Origin: a virus
Reading direction: 5' to 3' (one strand)
Length of the DNA: 64,000 nucleotides
IMG/VR virus record: IMGVR_UViG_3300029267_006021
The notes under the pieces were generated by a model that saw only the letters and a program-made list of their open reading frames with translations, was not told the origin of the DNA and did not search any database. This document shows positions 56,134 to 64,000 of the stretch, piece after piece; positions within the stretch are counted from its first letter, which is position 1, and each line of letters opens with the position of its first letter. Made by a program: the position numbers and the translations under genes.

Positions 56134-58485
56134 TTAAGCGTAAGACTCAACAAACCTTACGCTGCAAACGAATTCCCAGGTCTCTCCAACATTTCCTGTA
56201 ACATTAATTCTAAAGTTGTCTCCTGCAACCGCTGTACTAGCAGATAGTGTAGCACCTGTACCCACTGCTTGATTATTAGATAAAGCTCCAGCTGCCGGGA
56301 CGACTACTGCTCCAGCAGCTGCTGCATCTAAATAAGCTAGTTGATCAGTGTGGGACCAGGAAGCTGCATCCCCGGCATTATGTCTTCGTGCTGTGACAAC
56401 AATCAAAAAGGAATAAGATTTCCAGGGCTCTAGGGGCATATCTAGAAGAGGCACTGCAGCTGCACTGGTCACTCGAGCATACTTGATTATTTCGGAACTC
56501 TGTCCTTCACCAAGACCTGTAACACGATTTGAACCAAATGTTTTCTGGTCTGCCCGGTAAGCATCAGCATACTGTCCCTGTGCAAAAGTCCGATCAGCAT
56601 ATAAACGACATGTAAATCCTTGTACAAAACCCACATCACCATAAGCATTATGTAGTGATCCAGATATTAAGAGATTTTGATAAGCTCCCACAACATTATG
56701 ATTATAACCATGTAATATAGATTGAGATATATCAACAGCATAATGCCCATAACCTTGGATCAGGTTATTATTCCCAACATATAACTGATTAAGACCTCCT
56801 TGAACGAAATTATATTTAGTTGACGCTTCAAGAGCAGTCCCAACTTGATTATTAACTCCCTGAACTGAAATAGCTTGAGTATATCCATAAATTGTATTGT
56901 GATAACCTTGGGCAAAGGTATATTTTGAACCTCCAATGCCCCCAACTGCTAAATAGGCGCCTTGCATCAAAATATGTTCTGAATTTGGTCCTGTAACATT
57001 AATAGCCCCTGGAGTTCTACCTCCATGCATAAATATAGACAAATTATCTTGTTCTATTGTGCTTCCAGAACCAAAAAGAGTACAACTATAGGTGCTATTT
57101 TTAATCTTATTGCTATAACCAATTATTTGAGAATTTGTTGACTGATAATAAATTTGATTAGAGTCACCAAAAATAAAACTATAAGGAGAATAACCATAAA
57201 CAAAAGCCGGACCATAACCAATTTCATTTTGTTTACCGAAAGCAAAACTATTCGGACTATGGTATTGAATTATATTTTGCTGTCCAGACGCTTCACAGTA
57301 AGAAGAATATTCATTAATAATATTTTGTTTTCCAAATATTTTACTAGATTCAGAATGAGCATCAAGTATATTACTAGTCCCCATGACTTGACTACAACTT
57401 GAATACTGATCAATTACATTTGTATGTCCATGTATTAAAGAATACTCGGAATAGGGATGTATAATAAGATCCCAACCAGCAGCAAAAGAGGTATAACTAT
57501 TAATCTCTACATCATAACCAAATCCTTCACTATATGGATAACGAGCATATACTTTATAACCTGAAGCATGTGAAAAAGCAGCTGCTTGGGCATGGTGCCC
57601 CTGAGCATGAGCAGCGTTCCCATAAGTGGTTACATAAGATCCTTGAGCAAATCCCTGGCTACCATAAAGAGTAACAAATTCTCCTTGGCCTAAACAAGCA
57701 GCATAAGGTGCAATAACAAAATACCCTTGAGAAAGTGCTCGAGGTGAATAAGACATTACGAAATACCCTTGCCCAAAGGATTCGGTACCTCCAACTGCAA
57801 CAGAGAAACCTTGTGCGAAAGCTTGGTTAGCCATAGCTCTCACATCATACCCATGAGCAAAAGACTGGTCTCCTGTAGCCATAGAGAGGTAACCAGCGGC
57901 AAAAGACTGGGGCATAGAGGCGTAACCTGCAAATCCAGCTGCGAAAGAATCAGGCCCATAAGCTGCAGCCCCATATCCTACACCAAAAGAACGATCTCCC
58001 GAGCATAACGGAGCAAAGCCTGCACCAAATGCATGGTCCCCTGAAGCAACTGCAGCGAAACCTTGTGCAAAAGTATTTGGCCCTGTTGCCCATGAAGCAT
58101 ATCCTTGTGCAAAAGCATTTGGAGAATTGGCTATAGTATCCTGACCTTGGGAAAATGAACGAGCCCCTGAAGCTACTGCTGTATCGCCTAAAGCAAAGGC
58201 ATTATCTCCACTAGCATCTGAAGCATCTCCTTGTGCTAGTGAATTATCTCCAGCAGCTACCGGAGCAACCACGCCTTTGCCTACACCAGCATCAGTACCC
58301 GTACCGTCAGTAAAAAAACCACTGCCCCCACCACCTGCAAGGTCAACCCAAGCGCTTCCATTCCAATATTGATAGGTTTTTGTATCAGTATTAAAAACTA
58401 TAGGATACTGTTTAAGATTGTCAATTGAAATATCTCTCTTAGATGCTGGAAGAGCAGGTAAATTTTTTTCGAAAAGTAATGACAT
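56134..58485 (-). CDS. Tail fibre/adhesin-like protein with YadA-head-type ~14-aa repeats
   Basis: ASGDNAFALG/ASGARSFSQG repeats; YWNGSAWV; start MSLLFEK inferred from RBS and late motif. Confidence 0.75.
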   Translation of the reverse strand: MSLLFEKNLPALPASKRDISIDNLKQYPIVFNTDTKTYQYWNGSAWVDLAGGGGSGFFTDGTGTDAGVGKGVVAPVAAGDNSLAQGDASDASGDNAFALGDTAVASGARSFSQGQDTIANSPNAFAQGYASWATGPNTFAQGFAAVASGDHAFGAGFAPLCSGDRSFGVGYGAAAYGPDSFAAGFAGYASMPQSFAAGYLSMATGDQSFAHGYDVRAMANQAFAQGFSVAVGGTESFGQGYFVMSYSPRALSQGYFVIAPYAACLGQGEFVTLYGSQGFAQGSYVTTYGNAAHAQGHHAQAAAFSHASGYKVYARYPYSEGFGYDVEINSYTSFAAGWDLIIHPYSEYSLIHGHTNVIDQYSSCSQVMGTSNILDAHSESSKIFGKQNIINEYSSYCEASGQQNIIQYHSPNSFAFGKQNEIGYGPAFVYGYSPYSFIFGDSNQIYYQSTNSQIIGYSNKIKNSTYSCTLFGSGSTIEQDNLSIFMHGGRTPGAINVTGPNSEHILMQGAYLAVGGIGGSKYTFAQGYHNTIYGYTQAISVQGVNNQVGTALEASTKYNFVQGGLNQLYVGNNNLIQGYGHYAVDISQSILHGYNHNVVGAYQNLLISGSLHNAYGDVGFVQGFTCRLYADRTFAQGQYADAYRADQKTFGSNRVTGLGEGQSSEIIKYARVTSAAAVPLLDMPLEPWKSYSFLIVVTARRHNAGDAASWSHTDQLAYLDAAAAGAVVVPAAGALSNNQAVGTGATLSASTAVAGDNFRINVTGNVGETWEFVCSVRFVESYA

Positions 58486-58520
58486 TAATAACCTCGAAAA
58501 TAACCTTCTATAAAGATAAG

Positions 58521-58536
58521 AAATTAGAAGATTATT
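58521..58536 (-). promoter_or_regulatory. Putative late promoter motif AATAATCTTCTAATTT
   Basis: Two mismatches to the 2943/26462 motif; lies just after a terminator. Confidence 0.5.
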
Positions 58537-58548
58537 TAAGCAAAACAT

Positions 58549-58584
58549 AAAAAAATGGGCCTCGTGATAAGGCCCATTTTTTTT
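58549..58584. terminator. Intrinsic (bidirectional) terminator
   Basis: aaaaaaatgggcct-cgtgata-aggcccatttttttt. Confidence 0.85.
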
Positions 58585-58603
58585 AAAGTGAGAGGTGACT
58601 CTA

Positions 58604-59272
58604 CTATTCGATCTCCTCTAAAACATCAGAATAATCACCAATATCTGATTCGTCTATAGAGCCGCTTGCTGCTTCTAAACCAAACTCTTCGCGCAGTTCT
58701 TCAATAGTTCTAGACTTCGCTAATCTCTTCTTAAGATCAGGCTTCATCTTCTTTGCTTGTTCTTCAACCTTTCCAAAAAAGTCTTCTTTTAGTCTTATGA
58801 TGCTTTCTTTACAAGGCGTAAAATCAAGATGCTGCCACTCATCATTATCACAACTAATAATAAGATCTCGTTCTGCAAGGGGAAATTCATCATTTAAAGA
58901 TCTTAATTTATCAAACTTTTTATCTGAAAAATACCAAAACTTTAAATCATAACCAAGCGGCTTTTTTGGTTTACCGGACTTTTCGGTATAATAATGAACA
59001 ATAATACAACCAAAGCGTAGACCTGGGTCACCCAATGTTTCACAACAAATTTCTTTTTTCTCTGAAGTACTGCGACAGAGAAAATAACCAAAACCTTCCT
59101 TAAAATGTACCCTAGCTTTTAAAATAAGTGGGACAGTTGCATCACCTTTGCCTGCGCCTACAAGCGGAAAAGCAACCCTATCTCGGTAACCTTTCCTACC
59201 CTTAAAGTATTCAACTTCGAATACTTCCACTGACTCATCATCAAAACCGATTTCTTCGATGTCATCCGGCAT
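58604..59272 (-). CDS. Putative phage single-stranded DNA-binding protein
   Basis: H..C..C..C zinc-like residues, aromatic core, acidic C-tail; replication context. Confidence 0.55.
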   Translation of the reverse strand: MPDDIEEIGFDDESVEVFEVEYFKGRKGYRDRVAFPLVGAGKGDATVPLILKARVHFKEGFGYFLCRSTSEKKEICCETLGDPGLRFGCIIVHYYTEKSGKPKKPLGYDLKFWYFSDKKFDKLRSLNDEFPLAERDLIISCDNDEWQHLDFTPCKESIIRLKEDFFGKVEEQAKKMKPDLKKRLAKSRTIEELREEFGLEAASGSIDESDIGDYSDVLEEIE

Positions 59273-59555
59273 TTTGGATTCTCCTTTTTATTTGGCGACC
59301 AGAAAAGTATCTGATGACGTTTCGTTCTTTGATTATTTTCATAGTACCATCTTTTTGTTTTGCTTTAAAAGGCTTTAACTTCTTTATACGCAAAGAGCCA
59401 AAACCTTTTGGAAAACAAAAAGACCCTGATCCAATTAGAGATTCAAAAAGGGTTTTAAATATAAAACCCAAAACTCTTTTGACTTCTCTACTGCCTACAG
59501 GTTGATTAAACGTCTCTTCAAGAAACGCCTTAATCTCTTTCTCAAAAGAAGTCAC
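59262..59555 (-). CDS. Divergent HU/IHF-like DNA-binding protein
   Basis: GFGSLRIK..RYFSG pattern; adjacent to HU. Confidence 0.6.
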   Translation of the reverse strand: MTSFEKEIKAFLEETFNQPVGSREVKRVLGFIFKTLFESLIGSGSFCFPKGFGSLRIKKLKPFKAKQKDGTMKIIKERNVIRYFSGRQIKRRIQNAG

Positions 59556-59845
59556 TACTTCTCTGGATAGAGGCTCTTATGCAAGCGGGCATTAACACTA
59601 ATCTTTTCAGGTACATCAATTGACTCACCCGTCGACGGATTCCGTCCTTTGCGTGCTTTCCTTCTGCTCTTCTTGAAAGAGATGAAATTAGCGACCGTTA
59701 AACGTTCACCGTTTTCAAGAGTCTTCCTAATAAAAGGAGCGAAACCTTTGAAGATAACAGTGTCTATCAAAGCTCGATCAGATCCCTTACTCGAATCCAA
59801 ACCTGCTTCGGCAGCCACTCCCTTAAGGAAATCCATCTTGTTCAT
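59555..59845 (-). CDS. HU family DNA-binding protein
   Basis: MNKMD..VA, RKARKGRNPSTGESI. Confidence 0.9.
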   Translation of the reverse strand: MNKMDFLKGVAAEAGLDSSKGSDRALIDTVIFKGFAPFIRKTLENGERLTVANFISFKKSRRKARKGRNPSTGESIDVPEKISVNARLHKSLYPEK

Positions 59846-59853
59846 CTTTCCTC

Positions 59854-60780
59854 CTAATCCAAATCAGATAAAAAATCATCTATATCTATATCATCTACTT
59901 GCGATGATATATCTGCTGAAAAATCTTCTTCATCTGAAGTCTTATCAATTTGTTCTGCAGATTCTTCTTTTTTAGGTTTATTCTCCTTTTTAGGTTTGTT
60001 TTCTTCTATTTCTTTTTTAGGTTTGCTCTGCTCTTTAGGTTCGTTTTCTTCTTTTTTAGGTTTGCTCTGCTCTTGAGGTTCGTTTTCTTCTATTTCTTTT
60101 TTAGGTTTGGCTTGCTCTTTGGTAACATCACCCAAATCCATAGGCTCACCTACTTCTTCTCCTTCTCCTATCAGTGAAGTAAACCCATCTTCATCATTTA
60201 TTTCGGTTTTTTTGGAATTTTTAGACTCATTATTTTTGACTGACTTTTTTGTCTCAAGATGAAAATCCTCTAAATCTTTTGTGGCAATTTTAGTCTCCTC
60301 TAAAATTGGTTCTTTTGGCATAAAAGAACCCGATAATGAATTCACCATAATATTCCAAGCAAGGCGAATATCACTATTTGTTTTGTTTAGATTAGATATT
60401 CTTAAGTCAATTGCCTCACCCAAATACTTCAATTCAGTGGCTTTAGATTCTAAGTCAGCGATTTCACTATCAAGATCAGATAAAAGAGATTCGGCTATTG
60501 CTTGTCGATCTAAACCTGATTTTCCTTTCTTAACTTCTTCATTTTCTCTCATTAATTTATTATATCTTATTTGACGTTCTTTCTTTTTGCTTAATAGAGA
60601 TCTGCGCGTCTCAGCAACCTCTCTATGGACTTCAATAGCTAATTTTTCAACCGTATTAATTCTTTTTCGGCAATTAAAAATGGATGAACTAATAGCATCA
60701 GGTGAATCAAATTCTGGAATGTTAAAAACAATACTATTTAATTCATTATAAATTCCATTTATTCTATTCTTGTTCATCAT
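59854..60780 (-). CDS. Coiled-coil protein with charged repeat and acidic tail
   Basis: KPKKE(I)EEN repeats; DDIDIDDFLSDLD tail. Confidence 0.6.
   Translation of the reverse strand: MMNKNRINGIYNELNSIVFNIPEFDSPDAISSSIFNCRKRINTVEKLAIEVHREVAETRRSLLSKKKERQIRYNKLMRENEEVKKGKSGLDRQAIAESLLSDLDSEIADLESKATELKYLGEAIDLRISNLNKTNSDIRLAWNIMVNSLSGSFMPKEPILEETKIATKDLEDFHLETKKSVKNNESKNSKKTEINDEDGFTSLIGEGEEVGEPMDLGDVTKEQAKPKKEIEENEPQEQSKPKKEENEPKEQSKPKKEIEENKPKKENKPKKEESAEQIDKTSDEEDFSADISSQVDDIDIDDFLSDLD
59962..60120. repeat. Imperfect coding tandem repeat (KPKKE units)
   Basis: Repeated ttttttaggttt.. units. Confidence 0.8.
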
Positions 60781-61090
60781 TACTTCCTATTTTAGACATA
60801 AGCAGTTTTTTACGTTTAATAAAAGAATTTTCAATGCTCTCTTTAATGGAATTAAACTGTGCCTTATTAAGCTGCCCTCGAGTTAATGCTTCAAGAGCAC
60901 ATTCAATTGATATTTCCTTTGATAAAATCAAATTGGCCAATTTCGATTCAGTTAATGACCAACCAGCCTCTGAACACTCAGCTGTCATTTCTAAATAACT
61001 ATCACCTCGAAATTTAAAATTGCCCCAGAGACTAGCAGCTGCTTTAATAGATTTGATTTTAATCGTGGATGCAATCTTTTTATCATTCAT
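60764..61090 (-). CDS. Hypothetical protein
   Basis: ORF after TTGTAAAAT motif. Confidence 0.55.
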   Translation of the reverse strand: MNDKKIASTIKIKSIKAAASLWGNFKFRGDSYLEMTAECSEAGWSLTESKLANLILSKEISIECALEALTRGQLNKAQFNSIKESIENSFIKRKKLLMSKIGSNDEQE

Positions 61091-61255
61091 CTGTGTGTTA
61101 TTTTACAAGGAGTTTTTTGTATTTTCTAAAAAAACAAAGTAAAAAAATTATGCCCATCAAATTTTCTCTCAAAAACAATTTTGCTCAATTTTATAAAATC
61201 CTTGTTTATGTTAAATTTCGTGAAATTCTTCATTTTAATTTGGGTCGAAAAATTT

Positions 61256-63400
61256 TTAAAATGAGTTTATTCTTTCAGCAAGTAAAGTATTTCTTCTTAT
61301 AATTTTATTATTATTAACCGCCTTTTGTAAAGCCTTAACATCACCTACTATAAAAACGCGCTTAGAAGCTCTTGTAACAGCAGTGTAAAACAAATTGCGA
61401 TGTAATTGATTATAAAAAGTAAGAGTATATGGGAATATAACTACATCATATTCTAAACCTTGTGATTTATGAATCGTAATTGCAAAAGCTAACTGTAACC
61501 TACTACGTGCCTCAGCAAAAGAATAAATATAAACAGCCGAGGAGCCTTCTACAGAAAAATGTATTTCTTTTTCACTATTATCAATTTTTAATATCTTGCC
61601 ACAATCTCCATTATAGACCCCATTATCATAATCATTTCTAGTGACCATTATTTTGTCATCTATTCTAAAAGAAAGACCCCGCCCCAAACTAATCTCTTGC
61701 TTCTTGGTTCCATACTCTTCATCATATTCAGAATTTAATGCTTCTTTAAGAGATTTATTTAATGAATTAGTTCCAATTAAACTAGCTTTTTTTGGGCTTA
61801 AAATCTGTATATCTGTAGATTTAAACTTTTCTGCTAATTTGATTATGATTTTTAAAATTCTTTCATGGTCTGTCTCTTGAATAAAATAAAATGCTGACTT
61901 TTCTTCAGTATTAACCATTTTGCCTTGATGGATTTTTTTAGCATTTAATCGAATTGAACTACCTTCACTTTGGCGATAAATTTTAGTGAGCGAAGTAACT
62001 TCTACTCTTTCCGACTTAATTAAATCTCTGAGAACATTTCCTGGACCCACACTAGGAAGTTGAGCAGTATCTCCAATAAAAATTAAACTTGCGGAAGAAG
62101 GTATTGCTTCCAAAAATCTGTAGAAAACTTCTTGATCTACCATACTAGATTCATCTACAACTACAACATCAATCGCAAATTGTTGTTCTCGATTATAAGC
62201 CCAAGGTTTTGATTTGCCTTTATAACCAAGACAACGATGTATTGTACCAGCTTCCTCTCCTGTAATCAAACTCAACTTTTTTGCTGATATTCCTGTAGGT
62301 GTTAAAAGAGCAAAACTAAGGTTTTCCTTTTTAAATAACGAAACAAGAGCCTTTGTCACAAATGTCTTACCAGTACCAGGATAACCTGTAATTATAGATA
62401 CTTTTGATTTAGCAAAGGCTTTAATTCCTTTCTCCTGCTCTTTACTAAATTGAACATTATATTTAAGTTCATAATCTCGAATAAATTTTTCGAGATCTGT
62501 TTGAATTTTATTCTCACCCAAAAATTTAACAAATAACTCAGCTGATTTTAATTCATACTTATACCATCTCTTAGCATAAATACTCTTAGACCCTACTATA
62601 ATCTTCTTTTTAGAACGTAAAGTTCTAAGCGCTTTAAAAATAGACTCTCTATCATTAGATATTGGAGAATGGTGTACATTAAAAACATCAATTTCATAAA
62701 AAAGATTTGATAACGTAAAATAGAGGTGACCTCTAAGCGGAGCAATTTGATCTAAAAGATATAAAAGAACGCCACAAAGACGCTTTTCAACCTTATCCTT
62801 AAAATTGAGCTTCTGAGCAATTTTATCTGCTTCTTCAAAAGGAAAATCTTCAATCTCGGCTAGACAATAAGGATCCTCCTGTACAAATTCAATTAACTTT
62901 GAACCATAAACAGCAATTGCTTTACTGCATAAATGCGGGCTTAAATCTAGATCAAAAAGAAATGTTAAAGCCTCCCTCTCAAGTTTATAAGCACTAAGAC
63001 AGGAGCGAATATAATTTTTCTGGTCAGTATTTAAAAAAGAAATTTCATCCAGTTTCTCTTCCAAAACATCTACCGCTTTTTTACCATATTTTGAAATAAT
63101 CTTCTGTTGGGATTTAGAATCTAAGTCAGGTAAAATAAAAGACACAAAATCTTTCACTGCTTCTTTAGATTTAAAAGAGAGCAATTCAATCTTAGAAGCA
63201 CTAAATTGTTGCCCAAATTTAAAGTGTTCAGTAAATCTCCCAAATACTTTTATCTCTTGATCTTTTGACAGATCTAAAGTTGTTACTGCAGTTACAGTTA
63301 TTTCTAAAAATAACTCACATTTTAACACAAAACAGACCCAGTCTTCCTTTTTTGCAATAACCTTTTTAATAGTACCTTGTAATATCTCTGATTGGGCCAT
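61256..63400 (-). CDS. recD2: RecD2-like SF1B helicase
   Basis: GYPGTGKT, VDESSM, GDTAQLPSVGPG, IYRQ, AITIHKSQG, YTAVTRA. Confidence 0.93.
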   Translation of the reverse strand: MAQSEILQGTIKKVIAKKEDWVCFVLKCELFLEITVTAVTTLDLSKDQEIKVFGRFTEHFKFGQQFSASKIELLSFKSKEAVKDFVSFILPDLDSKSQQKIISKYGKKAVDVLEEKLDEISFLNTDQKNYIRSCLSAYKLEREALTFLFDLDLSPHLCSKAIAVYGSKLIEFVQEDPYCLAEIEDFPFEEADKIAQKLNFKDKVEKRLCGVLLYLLDQIAPLRGHLYFTLSNLFYEIDVFNVHHSPISNDRESIFKALRTLRSKKKIIVGSKSIYAKRWYKYELKSAELFVKFLGENKIQTDLEKFIRDYELKYNVQFSKEQEKGIKAFAKSKVSIITGYPGTGKTFVTKALVSLFKKENLSFALLTPTGISAKKLSLITGEEAGTIHRCLGYKGKSKPWAYNREQQFAIDVVVVDESSMVDQEVFYRFLEAIPSSASLIFIGDTAQLPSVGPGNVLRDLIKSERVEVTSLTKIYRQSEGSSIRLNAKKIHQGKMVNTEEKSAFYFIQETDHERILKIIIKLAEKFKSTDIQILSPKKASLIGTNSLNKSLKEALNSEYDEEYGTKKQEISLGRGLSFRIDDKIMVTRNDYDNGVYNGDCGKILKIDNSEKEIHFSVEGSSAVYIYSFAEARSRLQLAFAITIHKSQGLEYDVVIFPYTLTFYNQLHRNLFYTAVTRASKRVFIVGDVKALQKAVNNNKIIRRNTLLAERINSF

Positions 63401-63406
63401 TGTCTG

Positions 63407-64000
63407 TCAAGATCTAAAAAGATTACTAAAATGCTCTTTTAGATAATTTCGAGTCTTGGGTAACGTAAAATTAAACATTTTAGTCTTTTCACTGGCATTT
63501 CTTAAAAGATAAGCAGGATGATACAATGGAATTGTAGCAATTTTAGAACCTTTTGGTTTAAATGCCTTCCCAACAACCTTGCTAATACTATTTTTAGTAT
63601 CTGGAAAAAACGCTTTAAAGGCTTCATTTCCTAAGGGAAACAATATACGTTTCTGTGCAAAAAACTTCAGTTCCTTCTTTAACCAAGACAAACAACTCAT
63701 GATTTCTTGAGAAGAGGGAGCTCTATTCTGTGCGGTATAACATTTTACCACATTTAATATTGCACATTGCTCTCTTCGCAATTCTAGAATCTCGAGTATT
63801 TCATCTAAAAGGCGACCAGCTCTTCCGATAAAAGGTCTATTTTGTTTGTCTTCATTCTTACCTGGATTTCGACCAATAAAAATTAATGAGGCATCCTCAG
63901 GTCCATCACCAGGTACTGGTTTAGTCGCATCCTTACGTGCTGAACACCTTTGACAAGATCTGATCTTCTCTGCTAAGTCTGATTCCTCTAAACGCTTCAT
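63407..64000 (-). CDS. Uracil-DNA glycosylase family 4
   Basis: CQRC, GRNPG..ED..PFIGRAG, NVVKC, YHPAYLLR. Confidence 0.9.
   Translation of the reverse strand: MKRLEESDLAEKIRSCQRCSARKDATKPVPGDGPEDASLIFIGRNPGKNEDKQNRPFIGRAGRLLDEILEILELRREQCAILNVVKCYTAQNRAPSSQEIMSCLSWLKKELKFFAQKRILFPLGNEAFKAFFPDTKNSISKVVGKAFKPKGSKIATIPLYHPAYLLRNASEKTKMFNFTLPKTRNYLKEHFSNLFRS

Noticed and set aside
2317-61880. Numerous plus-strand ORFs in the track (other than tnpB)
   Set aside because: They lie antisense to well-supported minus-strand genes and lack RBS or motifs; treated as shadow ORFs
1-64000. Alternative genetic code (stop-codon reassignment)
   Set aside because: Conserved genes are full length in the standard code, and TAA, TAG and TGA all end genes

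Overview
This is a 64 kb, almost entirely minus-strand segment of a large (probably jumbo) tailed bacteriophage with low GC. Reading right to left in the direction of transcription, it has five parts. (i) A bacterial-like replication/recombination module: UDG, RecD2, two HU-like proteins, SSB-like, RuvC, RecA, class II RNR, a split SbcCD, primase, beta clamp, DnaX and a 5'-3' exonuclease. This module is interrupted by a fibre/sulfotransferase island. (ii) A 7-deazaguanine DNA-modification cluster (queD, queE, folE2, queC, dpdA-like) with an extra radical SAM enzyme and a HAD phosphatase. (iii) NusG-like and sigma-region-4-like regulators. (iv) A head module: terminase, portal, prohead protease, scaffold, decoration protein and an HK97-fold major capsid protein. 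(v) An accessory region with two zinc-finger nucleases, a GC-richer island of small ORFs with a tRNA-like element, an intact IS200/IS605 (tnpA+tnpB) element and three genes sharing an N-terminal leader peptide. The most notable observations are a stand-alone truncated paralog of the major capsid protein in the accessory region, a candidate capsid-targeting leader with K/R-x-A processing sites, a recurrent late-promoter-like 16-mer, the extended deazaguanine cluster, and a sulfotransferase paired with a Tyr-rich fibre. All family assignments come from motif recognition by eye; no database searches were run.
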